DNA of 64,000 nt from contig DATDIQ010000025.1 in assembly GCA_036520995.1 (NCBI GenBank), positions 42,149 to 106,148 of the forward strand. Reading direction: 5' to 3'. Positions 17,938 to 26,263 of this stretch are shown piece by piece. Under the pieces are notes generated by a model. That model was not told the origin of the DNA. It ran no database searches and saw nothing but the letters and a program-made list of their open reading frames with translations. Each line of letters begins with the position of its first letter. Within the stretch, counting starts at the first letter, position 1. The translations under genes were made by a program, and so were the position numbers. The stretch comes from Terracidiphilus sp. (lineage in GTDB: Bacteria > Acidobacteriota > Terriglobia > Terriglobales > Acidobacteriaceae).

Positions 17938-18236
17938 ATTTGCTCCGTGATGCGAACGGCGAGGTGGTCTTCAATCACTTCGAATTCGGTCCAGCCGATC
18001 AGCAGTTGGTTAACGCGCAAGGGCACGTCGCTGGTGTGATGGCATGCGGTTTCCACGATCGACCCTTCCTTCAGCGCCAGAAGGTCGGCAATCGTAAAGT
18101 GAACCACTGGCACTTCGAGCGTGAGGGTGCAGGGTAGCCACGGCATGCTGTCGAGCGGATCTTTCTGGCTCGGCACGGCGTGGGGAACGGCCGTCTTTCC
18201 GGCGTTGGGATCAAGGTTGGGCGCTGCAGAATTCAT
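17934..18236 (-). CDS. fliN: flagellar motor switch protein FliN (short, SpoA domain only)
   Basis: 100 aa. LTLEVPVVHFTIADLLALKEGSIVET...LRVNQLLIGWTEFEVIEDHLAVRI matches the FliN/SpoA family. ATGA overlap with fliO. Confidence 0.8.
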   Translation of the reverse strand: MNSAAPNLDPNAGKTAVPHAVPSQKDPLDSMPWLPCTLTLEVPVVHFTIADLLALKEGSIVETACHHTSDVPLRVNQLLIGWTEFEVIEDHLAVRITEQI

Positions 18237-18331
18237 GGAGCCTCTCGCACGCTCCCTCTCGTACTGCGGGTCCTGGGCAGGGGTATACCGGCCCGGGATT
18301 CAAATGAGATGGAGCGATGCGTAGAGGTAAA

Positions 18332-18347
18332 AGCAATTCCTGTGCCG
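18332..18347 (-). promoter_or_regulatory. sigma54-type promoter upstream of the fliN-fliOPQR-flhBA operon
   Basis: Minus strand reads CGGCACAGGAATTGCT, against the consensus TGGCACG-N4-TTGCW. About 85 nt upstream of the fliN start, with an AT-rich tract further upstream. Confidence 0.65.
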
Positions 18348-18570
18348 GAATCGCGGCCGACTGACGCGCCGTAAAAAAAGCGCCTGGTTCCGGCGTCATA
18401 TACAAGATTCAAAAAACTTTAAATAGAAACAAAAGTGCGCCCTCCCGCTCCCATGCCCGGTGAGATGGCCATGAGAGCCGGAGAGCTTCCACAGGCTTCT
18501 GCGCGCCGCCGCTTACGGCGCACAAAAGTCTCTAATCGTATTTTAAGAACTGCGACTGCTTTCTCTGCCG

Positions 18571-19812
18571 CTAGCTGATCACCGCCAGCGTTGCCTGCGA
18601 CACCTGGTCGAGCGTGGTCAGCACCTTCGCGTTGGCCTCGTAGCCCTGCTGGGCCACGATCATGTTGGCAAATTCCGTGGAGAGGTTCACGTTCGATCCC
18701 TCCACCGCTCCGCCCGTGATCGTTCCCCTGCCGCCCGTGCCGGCTAGCCCAACCACCGCCGCGCCCGAAGCAAACGATGCCTGGTAGTCGCTGTTCCCGC
18801 TTTGCGTCAGCCCCTGGTTGTTGGCAAAGCTGGCGATCGCCACCTGGCCCAGTGCCAGTGTCTGGTTGTTGGTGAACTGCCCCTGCACCGTTCCATCCGG
18901 AAGGATCGAGTAGCCCGTGAGCGATCCGGTTGCGAACCCATTTTGCGTAGTTGCACTGGTCGCGCTGGTTCCGGCCTGCTGGGTCACCGCCGACGATCCG
19001 TTGCTTCCCGCCAGGTTCCAGCTCAGAGTCATGTTCGAAGCGCCATCGGCCAGGCCGGCGACAGCGATTCCCGGGACCGCGCCCGTGGGCGCGGTCAGAT
19101 CGCCCGACGAGTTGAACTGCATGGTGCCGGTCTTCACAACCACAGGTGCGCCCGTGCCACCCACGTCGGCGGCGGGAATGCTGATGCTGTAGTTCCAGGT
19201 GTTGGCAGCCGTGTTCACGTAATTCACGTTCAATACATGCGACTCGCCCAGAGAATCGAATACCGTGATCGGCGCGCTGTAGCTGGCGCCCACCGCCGCG
19301 GTGGCGTCCAGGTTGGTGTTCATGGTGAAGTTGGTCGTGGCTGAAGCGGGAATGTTGTTCGCCGCATTGACCACGATCGGCACCAATGCCGAACTGGTTG
19401 AGACCACGCCGGCGGTCGCCGGATAGCCCATCACCAGCTGCCCCTGCGGGGTGGTCAGCTGTCCCTGCGCGTTCACCGTGAAGTCGCCGGCACGCGTAAA
19501 ACTGTTCACGCCGCTGCCGCCCTGCACCACGAAGAACCCGTTGCCCTGCAGAGCCATGTTCGACGGAATGCCGGTGGAATTGATATTGCCGTTGGAGAAG
19601 TTGGAGACCGTGCCATCGGTCTGCACACCGTTGCCCATCTGGATGGGGTCGCCATTCCCCGAGGTTGCCGAAATGCCATTGAAGACACTGGCAAAACTCA
19701 GATTCTGATCCTTGAAGCCATCGGTGTTCAGATTGGCAAGGTTATTGGCAATCACGTTCAACGACGACGACGTGGCTGCAAGCCCTGAAAGCGGTATCGA
19801 AAAGGCTGACAT
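18571..19812 (-). CDS. flgE: flagellar hook protein FlgE
   Basis: 413 aa with N-terminal SGLAATSSSLNVIANNLANLNTDGFK and C-terminal EGSNVNLSTEFANMIVAQQGYEANAKV. ATG checked. Confidence 0.95.
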   Translation of the reverse strand: MSAFSIPLSGLAATSSSLNVIANNLANLNTDGFKDQNLSFASVFNGISATSGNGDPIQMGNGVQTDGTVSNFSNGNINSTGIPSNMALQGNGFFVVQGGSGVNSFTRAGDFTVNAQGQLTTPQGQLVMGYPATAGVVSTSSALVPIVVNAANNIPASATTNFTMNTNLDATAAVGASYSAPITVFDSLGESHVLNVNYVNTAANTWNYSISIPAADVGGTGAPVVVKTGTMQFNSSGDLTAPTGAVPGIAVAGLADGASNMTLSWNLAGSNGSSAVTQQAGTSATSATTQNGFATGSLTGYSILPDGTVQGQFTNNQTLALGQVAIASFANNQGLTQSGNSDYQASFASGAAVVGLAGTGGRGTITGGAVEGSNVNLSTEFANMIVAQQGYEANAKVLTTLDQVSQATLAVIS

Positions 19813-20367
19813 TTAACGTACTCCTGTATAGGTGGGATAGGTGGTTGGTTTGGCTGTCCCAAGACTGCCGTAGAGATTCATGAGACCCGCGTTGGCCGCT
19901 GCCGCTGCAGGTGCGGCGGGAAGCTCCGACGCCGCGTTGATAAACGACGCAGCCAGCGGAGACGCCGGCCGCATTGTATTGGCGATCGGGGACGTGCTCG
20001 ACTGGCTGCCCGTGGTCGGTGTCGACCCGCCCGTTGTGCCGCTGCTCCCCGTAGTTCCTGTCGTGCCCGGCGTGCCGGTCATGCCCGAGAGCGTCTGGTT
20101 GATCGAGATGAGCTGATCGAGCTGGTTGAGCGACACCATCTGGCTCACCATCTCGGTTGGATCGACAGGCTGCGTCGGATCCTGGTTCTGCAGCTCCGTC
20201 ACCAGCAGGTTCAAAAAGGTGCTTTGCAGATCGGATGACGACGTCCCATTCGAGCTCGAGGCGCCGCTCGTGCTGTTGCTCGAGCTGCTGGTCATGGGCC
20301 GGACTGCGTTCGCGCTCGACCCCAGGACGGGCGCGGGCGTTGCCGGAGTGAAACCTTGAATATTCAT
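19813..20367 (-). CDS. flgD: hook capping/assembly protein FlgD (N-terminal motif only)
   Basis: 184 aa. Conserved FlgD segment FLNLLVTELQNQDPTQPVDPTEMVSQMVSLNQLDQL. The remainder is T/G/S/A-rich low complexity. Confidence 0.8.
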   Translation of the reverse strand: MNIQGFTPATPAPVLGSSANAVRPMTSSSSNSTSGASSSNGTSSSDLQSTFLNLLVTELQNQDPTQPVDPTEMVSQMVSLNQLDQLISINQTLSGMTGTPGTTGTTGSSGTTGGSTPTTGSQSSTSPIANTMRPASPLAASFINAASELPAAPAAAAANAGLMNLYGSLGTAKPTTYPTYTGVR

Positions 20368-20392
20368 GCTCTACCTCTCACCTGCTCTGTCT

Positions 20393-22063
20393 TTATGCCC
20401 TGATATCCAGCCGCGATCCGTCGATGGATGACGGCGTAATGCGCATCGCCGCCCTGCCCATCTCGATCGGAGCCGGCGTGTTGTCGACCGGCACCGTGGT
20501 CGCAAAACTTCTTTGATCGCGCGGCGACGACTGCCCGCGCTCTCCCGAGAAATTCATGCCGCTCTGGTTCACTTCGATCGTGGCGTGCAATCCCAGGTCG
20601 CTGCCAAACTTTGCCTGCATCGTGGGAATGTGCGCCGAGATCGCATTGCTCAATTCGCTGTGATCCACGGAAATCTGTGCCTGCACCTGCTGCTGCGAAA
20701 CCATCGTCCGGATTGAAATGTCGCCAAACTCACTGGAGTGCATCCCCACCCGCATCTCTGTCTCGCTCATCGACTGGATCACGCGCGCCGAGTTGATCGC
20801 CGCCCATGCGAGGGGGCCGGCGGCATTGGCCGCAGCGTCCGCGGGAAGATGTGCGGACTCGGCCGAAGCATGTGTTGCTGCATCTGCCGTCCCGCTCGAA
20901 GCCGCATGGTCTGGCGTAGCATTATGCGCGGCCACCATGGCCCCGAACGCGGTGGCCATCTGCACACCGCTGTCTGTTCCCTTGGCGCCGGCTACCTGCG
21001 ATGCGTCTACCTGCGTGTGCGCGGTGGAATCGCTGCCGGCCTGGCTGTTGTTCTTTGCCGTGGAACTCGAAGCATCCTGTGAGTTGTTCTTCGCGGTTCC
21101 CGTCACGCCTGTGGTCGTCGCCGCATTCGCAGACCCGATCTGCGTGCCGGCTTTCGCCGCAAAGGTCACTTCCGCGGTCTTGTATTGGCTCAGCTTGCTC
21201 GTGAACTGGCTTGCCGTCATGGCGCTGGGCGATATTGCTGCGGTCAGGAAAGTGCTGGCCGCATTCGCCGTCGCCGGTACCGCGAATCCCTGGTTGGAGA
21301 TTTGCGCGGTCGCCGGCGCCGAACCCTGTTGCGTATCGTTATTCCCGGCCGCGGAGTCCTGCGTCCTGGTTTGCAGAGTGTTCTGTGCAGCATCAAGAAA
21401 AGGATTGGGCAACACGGGCGCGGCATGCAAAACATCCTGCGCCGTCGCGGCCGTAGCTGTTTGCGAAGAGGTTTGCCCGGGCTGCTGCGCATTGGCGCGA
21501 TTGACCGCCTGCGCAGACTGCGTATCGGTTGCGTCCGCTGCCGCCAGTTTGTTACCGAGTTCCCGCAGTGAGCTTGTTGCCGCGATCAAAGTCGGAAGTG
21601 GTTCCACCGGAGCGGGGATCGGAACCGTCACGATCGGTGCCGCCTGGGTGCCGTTTGCCGGTGGGTTCGAAGAGGTCGCGGACGATTTGCCGTGAGCGCT
21701 CTGCGTGGTGTCTGAAGTTTTGCCCAAAGGCGTTGCGGGTTGCGTGGATGCCGTCGCGCCGGAAACAAGAGCCGTCAACGCATCCTCATCCTTGGTCAAC
21801 CAACTTTCGGTTGATGTGCTGGCGCCCATCGCGGCTTCGGAGGAACCCGTCGCCGAAGTCTCCTCCTCAGTGGTAGAGGGGTCTGAAGGGTTCGCCTGCG
21901 AGGACGACTGCTTCTGTGCGCCCGATGCATCGGCGGCCTGCACGCCGACTCCCACGCCATTCATCAGAATGTCGAGGAACGATACCGGCCCGCTCTTCGA
22001 ACTCGCGACCGGGTTCGCGGTCGTCTCGGTGTTGCTGGCTGCGGCTTTGGGCGTAATGCGCAC
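20393..22063 (-). CDS. fliK: hook-length control protein FliK
   Basis: 556 aa. Long A/S/T/Q-rich region, then a C-terminal FliK-type domain (MRVGMHSSEFGDISIRTMVSQQQVQAQISVDHSEL). Positioned upstream of flgD. GTG start. Confidence 0.75.
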   Translation of the reverse strand: MRITPKAAASNTETTANPVASSKSGPVSFLDILMNGVGVGVQAADASGAQKQSSSQANPSDPSTTEEETSATGSSEAAMGASTSTESWLTKDEDALTALVSGATASTQPATPLGKTSDTTQSAHGKSSATSSNPPANGTQAAPIVTVPIPAPVEPLPTLIAATSSLRELGNKLAAADATDTQSAQAVNRANAQQPGQTSSQTATAATAQDVLHAAPVLPNPFLDAAQNTLQTRTQDSAAGNNDTQQGSAPATAQISNQGFAVPATANAASTFLTAAISPSAMTASQFTSKLSQYKTAEVTFAAKAGTQIGSANAATTTGVTGTAKNNSQDASSSTAKNNSQAGSDSTAHTQVDASQVAGAKGTDSGVQMATAFGAMVAAHNATPDHAASSGTADAATHASAESAHLPADAAANAAGPLAWAAINSARVIQSMSETEMRVGMHSSEFGDISIRTMVSQQQVQAQISVDHSELSNAISAHIPTMQAKFGSDLGLHATIEVNQSGMNFSGERGQSSPRDQRSFATTVPVDNTPAPIEMGRAAMRITPSSIDGSRLDIRA

Positions 22064-22578
22064 GCCGTTCTAATTGCACGCACCGGTCCAGCATTGGCCT
22101 TTTGTTCCATCGCCGGCTTCCGCTCATTCAAAGGAGGTTAGAGTTTCACTGGAGCGCCCCGCGACTAGGCACGAACTGTACAGCAGGCAACGCTTGCCGG
22201 GAACACTAGGCAAACCCTGCCTACTTTGCACCATCCATACGCAGCTTCATCGCGCATGGGTGGGAAAGTACGAACCCAAACCAACCTTCGTTCTCCGAAT
22301 CCTGAATCAGCACAATCCTGGGTGCCCCCGGTCTCGCTTCTGAGACCGCGGGGATCGGAAGAAGCGGGGGCCTTCAGGTCCCGGAATCACGAATCAGATA
22401 AGCCAGCGAAACACCGATCATCCGCATTCGTCATCCCAAAAGGGGTACCCCCCCCATGGCTGCGCCCCACAATGTGTGCATACGCCCCAACGCGACAAAG
22501 CGCGCCCGCAGCGCGCATCGTAGCAGGATCTATCGATATTCTCAGCAAAATCGCCGCAACAAGCGTAGTGACCATCAC

Positions 22579-22734
22579 AATTGTTCCACGTGGAACAATT
22601 TGCCAGGCCCAGAAAATGTTCCACGTGGAACAATTTTGCGCGAAGCCGTCGCCTGGACGGCTAGTCCTGTTCCACGTGGAACAATTTTGCGCGAAGCCGT
22701 CGCCTGGACGGCCAGTCCTGTTCCACGTGGAACA
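22579..22734. repeat. array of four parS-type palindromes (TGTTCCACGTGGAACA), three of them on a 51-bp tandem unit
   Basis: Perfect 16-mers at 22582-22597, 22617-22632, 22668-22683 and 22719-22734. The first extends to the 22-bp palindrome AATTGTTCCACGTGGAACAATT. Units 22617-22667 and 22668-22718 are 50/51 identical. The motif matches B. subtilis parS TGTTCCACGTGAAACA at 15/16 positions. Confidence 0.7.
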
Positions 22735-22783
22735 ATTTTCGGACGCTCACGCTGCGCGAAGCCATTGCCTGAACGGCTTAGTC

Positions 22784-23224
22784 CTAGTTCCCGCGCTGGT
22801 GCCGGGAAGTAAAGATATCGTCGAGCTGCTTTTGTTGCGCGCGGACTTCTTCCTGCTCGTAGAGATCTTTCTGTTGGACCCGCATCTCGGTCAGCATTTT
22901 GCGGCCTTTGTGCGCATCCTGGTAGCGCTTGCGCTGCGCATCGCGCTGCTTTTGTGCCACCTGCAACGCCGCAAGCATCGCTTGCTTCTCTTCCAAGGCC
23001 GCGTTCAATTGTTCTTGAATTTCGCGCACTCGATAGGCTGGTATCGGCTGCTGCAGCTCTTTCTCGCGCGCTGCGGTCGCCTTCTCCATTTCCTCGGAGA
23101 GTTGCTCGATGCGCCGCTGCACGCGCGCGATCTCGAGCTCGACTCTTTGCAGCGCAAGTTCTTCGCGCCGCTCGATGCTTTCGCGGACACGAAGAACAGA
23201 AGCCAGAGTAAATCGGAATCCCAC
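22784..23224 (-). CDS. fliJ: flagellar export chaperone/stalk protein FliJ
   Basis: 146-aa coiled-coil protein (FTLASVLRVRESIERREELAL...) directly downstream of fliI. GTG start with a GAGG Shine-Dalgarno. Confidence 0.75.
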   Translation of the reverse strand: MGFRFTLASVLRVRESIERREELALQRVELEIARVQRRIEQLSEEMEKATAAREKELQQPIPAYRVREIQEQLNAALEEKQAMLAALQVAQKQRDAQRKRYQDAHKGRKMLTEMRVQQKDLYEQEEVRAQQKQLDDIFTSRHQRGN

Positions 23225-23260
23225 GGTGATGACCTCGCAGCCGCGCAGCGCGCGTTTCTT

Positions 23261-24568
23261 TTATCCCGGCAGAGCGACGAGCTGCTCTTCGGTTTGCGCG
23301 TAGCCTGAGAATTCGTCCGGCTTCTGGCGCAGAAACGTGTTGACCGCGGGCAGATGTTCGATGGCGCTGTCCAACACAGGGTCGGTAGTTTTCTGATAGG
23401 CGCCGATGCGAATCAAATCTTCGGAGCGATGGTAAGCCGCCATCATCATGCGAATGGCATTGGCCTTGGCCAAGTGCGACTCCGAAACCATGCTGTTCAT
23501 CAAACGGCTGATGCTATCGAGGATGGAGATGGGCGGATAGTGATTGCGAAAGGCGAGATTTCGATCGAGCACGATGTGCCCATCGAGCAGTGAGCGCACG
23601 GTATCGACGACCGGATCCTGTTGATCGTCGCCTTCCATCAGCACGGTATAGAACGCAGTAATGCTGCCTTGCGAAAAGTTTCCCGCGCGTTCCACGAGGC
23701 GCGCCAGCAGATTCAGCACCGACGGCGTGTAGCCCTTCGCGGTGGGAGGCTCGCCGGCTGCCAATCCAATTTCGCGCTGTGCCATGGCAAAACGTGTAAG
23801 CGAGTCGACGATGAGGAGAACATTTTTTCCCTGGCTCGCGAAATGTTCCGCGACCGCGGTTGCCGCGAGCGCAGCACGAATGCGCAGAAGAGGCGACTGA
23901 TCGGATGTCGATACAAGAACCACTGCACGCCGCAATCCTTCTTCGCCGAGAATTTCGAGAAACTCGCCGACTTCGCGGCCGCGCTCGCCAACCAGCGCCA
24001 GCACGGTCATGTCGGCCGCGGTGCCGCGCGCCATCATGCCAATCAGCGTGCTCTTGCCTACGCCGCTGCCGCCGAAGATGCCGAGACGCTGGCCGCGGCC
24101 GCAAGTGACGAACCCATCGATGGCGCGAATGCCGCAACTAAGCGGCTCGCGAATCGGCACACGATCGAGAGGCAGCGGCGCGGACCCATCCAGGGTCACC
24201 GAATGAACCGCACGATATTCACCTTTGCCGTCGAGAGCATTGCCCGCGGTGTCGATGACGCGTCCCAACATGCCGGGGCCGACGCGAATTGATGGACGCG
24301 CTCCCCAGGTGACAATCTGGTCGCCAAAGCGAACGCCTTGCGGCGGATCGGCGGCCATGGAAAGCATTGTCGATCCGCGGAAACCGATGATCTCGCCGGA
24401 GTAGCTTTTGCCGCCATGCCCGACCAGCTGGCAGGATTCGCCGACGGAACAAAATGGCCCGTCGGACTCAATGAGATTGCCGATGACCTGGTTGATCCGC
24501 CCACTCCAGCGCAGCGTGGAACCGACCTGCAGGTAATGGGAATACGGGGCGAGAAGAGGACGGCTCAT
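23261..24568 (-). CDS. fliI: flagellum-specific ATPase FliI
   Basis: 435 aa with Walker A GGSGVGKST and F1/T3SS ATPase conservation. ATGA overlap with fliH. Confidence 0.97.
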   Translation of the reverse strand: MSRPLLAPYSHYLQVGSTLRWSGRINQVIGNLIESDGPFCSVGESCQLVGHGGKSYSGEIIGFRGSTMLSMAADPPQGVRFGDQIVTWGARPSIRVGPGMLGRVIDTAGNALDGKGEYRAVHSVTLDGSAPLPLDRVPIREPLSCGIRAIDGFVTCGRGQRLGIFGGSGVGKSTLIGMMARGTAADMTVLALVGERGREVGEFLEILGEEGLRRAVVLVSTSDQSPLLRIRAALAATAVAEHFASQGKNVLLIVDSLTRFAMAQREIGLAAGEPPTAKGYTPSVLNLLARLVERAGNFSQGSITAFYTVLMEGDDQQDPVVDTVRSLLDGHIVLDRNLAFRNHYPPISILDSISRLMNSMVSESHLAKANAIRMMMAAYHRSEDLIRIGAYQKTTDPVLDSAIEHLPAVNTFLRQKPDEFSGYAQTEEQLVALPG

Positions 24569-25251
24569 TTATTGCCGGGCCTCATCGCAAGCAGGTCGAA
24601 GAAGCCTTGCTGCACTTCTTTCAACTGCGCATCGAGCCCGAAGTTCGCGGCGCCGAGCTCGGTTTCAAGCACGCAATCCTGATCGGTGAGTTGCGAGTCT
24701 TCGGCCACTTCTACACGCGTGTTGCCGGGGGTTGCGGCGAAATGTTTTCTCCAGGCCTCGGCTCGTCCGGGGCTCACACGCAGGGTAACACTGGAACCGT
24801 CGCGCATCTTCTCGACAGCAAGGCGCACCAGCGCGGCTACCAGCATGGGATCGACCTGCGCCTCGCGATGCAGAATCTTGGCGGCTATGGCGAGAGCGAG
24901 TTGCACGATCTCTCCTTCGACGCGCGCGTAGTAGTGGCTGCGTTCCGCTTCGAAACCCGCGATCAGCGAGGAGACGGGAGCGCGGAGAGCGAGAAGTTTC
25001 TGTTCGTATTCCTTGCGCAACCTCTGCTCCACTTCAAACGCGGCGTCGGCTCTCTCCTGCTCGATGCGCGCGGCAAGCTGCGCTTCAGAGGAGGTTGGCT
25101 CCTGCGAGTGATCCATCGACAGGTCGCCGGAGATAAAGGCGGGGTCGGCCTGCGCGGCGCCATCGCGCCCGCCGCGACTGGACATATCGCGATACTGAAG
25201 ACTGGCGATGGGGACCGGCAGGGCACCGCCGAAGTCTGTGCTAGAGGACAT
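24565..25251 (-). CDS. fliH: flagellar export protein FliH
   Basis: 228 aa with a charged coiled-coil followed by a FliH-type C-terminal domain. Between fliG and fliI. ATG checked. Confidence 0.75.
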   Translation of the reverse strand: MSSSTDFGGALPVPIASLQYRDMSSRGGRDGAAQADPAFISGDLSMDHSQEPTSSEAQLAARIEQERADAAFEVEQRLRKEYEQKLLALRAPVSSLIAGFEAERSHYYARVEGEIVQLALAIAAKILHREAQVDPMLVAALVRLAVEKMRDGSSVTLRVSPGRAEAWRKHFAATPGNTRVEVAEDSQLTDQDCVLETELGAANFGLDAQLKEVQQGFFDLLAMRPGNK

Positions 25252-26263
25252 ATTCGTCTTCTCCCTCGCTCTTCAGAACGATCTTTCCTTCCGCCTCGAG
25301 CTTGCGCGCAATCTGCACGATCTCGCTTTGCGCTTTGGCCACATCTTTGCCGCGCACGGGACCCATCATCTCGGAATCTTCTTTCATCATTTCGACGGCG
25401 CGGGAGGACATGGTGCGGAAGATGTGGGTCCTGAGATCCTCGCTGGCGCCTTTCAGGGCCACCATCAAAGTCTTCTTGTCGACCATGTTCATGAGCTCGC
25501 GGAGGTCAGGCTCGGGAACTTCGAGGAAGTTTTCGAAGGTGAACATCATGTCGCGAATGGTGATGGCGAGGTTCGGTTCTTCGGATTCAATTTTTTCGAG
25601 GATCTCGCGTGCCGCCGACGCCTCCAGGCGGTTCATAAGATCGGCAAGATTCTTGATGCCGGAATCGGCGCGCTTGTTCTGATCCGTGGCCGCGCCAAAG
25701 CGGCGATTCAACACGCGCGAAGCTTTCGCAGCCGCATCGGGAGAGAAGTGCTTCATGGTCGCCATGCGCTTGATGCAATCGGCGCGCACTTCAGGCTCCA
25801 GCTTCATCAACAACGACGATGCCTGTTTGGCATCGAGGTGGCCGAGGATGAGCGCCTTGGTTTGTGCGTGCTCCCCGGCAAGGAAACGGGCCAGCTGCTG
25901 CGGCTCCGTCTTTTTGAGCGTATCGACGCGGAAGGTTGTACTGTCTTCAGGATGCGTCAACCGCTGCACCATGGCCTTGGCGCCGTTTTCGCCAAAGGCT
26001 TTGACGAGGAGACGAATGGCCACGTCCCGGCCGCCCGAGGCGACATACTCGCGCTTGGCCATCATCTGGTGATACTCCTCAAGAACCTGCAATGTAGTTT
26101 CAACTGGAACATTCGCGAGGTTCGCCACTTCGCTGGAGATGCGCTCGACCTCGTCGCTAGTGAGGCTGCGCAGGATGGGCGCGGCCTCGTCTTCGCCGAG
26201 GAATGAAAGCAGAATGGCTGCCTTGCGTGCGCCGTTGGTTTGAGCCTGATCGACCGCACTCAT
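25241..26263 (-). CDS. fliG: flagellar motor switch protein FliG
   Basis: Canonical FliG (KAAILLSFLGEDEAAPIL...EDLRTHIFRTMSSRAVEMMKEDSE). ATG at 26263 (checked) forms an ATGA overlap with the fliF stop. Confidence 0.95.
   Translation of the reverse strand: MSAVDQAQTNGARKAAILLSFLGEDEAAPILRSLTSDEVERISSEVANLANVPVETTLQVLEEYHQMMAKREYVASGGRDVAIRLLVKAFGENGAKAMVQRLTHPEDSTTFRVDTLKKTEPQQLARFLAGEHAQTKALILGHLDAKQASSLLMKLEPEVRADCIKRMATMKHFSPDAAAKASRVLNRRFGAATDQNKRADSGIKNLADLMNRLEASAAREILEKIESEEPNLAITIRDMMFTFENFLEVPEPDLRELMNMVDKKTLMVALKGASEDLRTHIFRTMSSRAVEMMKEDSEMMGPVRGKDVAKAQSEIVQIARKLEAEGKIVLKSEGEDEYVL

Noticed and set aside
18489-18520. GC-rich hairpin GCGCCG-N7-CGGCGC downstream of flgE as a terminator
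   Set aside because: On the transcribed (minus) strand the T-run precedes rather than follows the stem, so it is not a canonical intrinsic terminator.
22141-22330. Sigma54 promoter candidates for fliK (GGCAAGCGTTGC on the minus strand near 22186-22200; AGCAC...GTGCC near 22300-22320)
   Set aside because: The GG-to-GC spacing is wrong, by -2 nt and +3 nt respectively. No acceptable -24/-12 element was found in the fliJ-fliK gap.
22617-22790. Possible CRISPR array (regularly spaced palindromic repeats)
   Set aside because: There are only about 2.5 units. The spacers are themselves repeated (50/51 identical). The repeat is a 16-bp perfect palindrome matching parS. No cas genes are nearby.
22226-23308. 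360-aa plus-strand ORF containing the repeated peptide FHVEQFCAKPSPGR
   Set aside because: The repeat is simply the translation of the parS palindromes and their 51-bp spacers. The rest of the ORF is antisense to fliJ. No start context or family resemblance.
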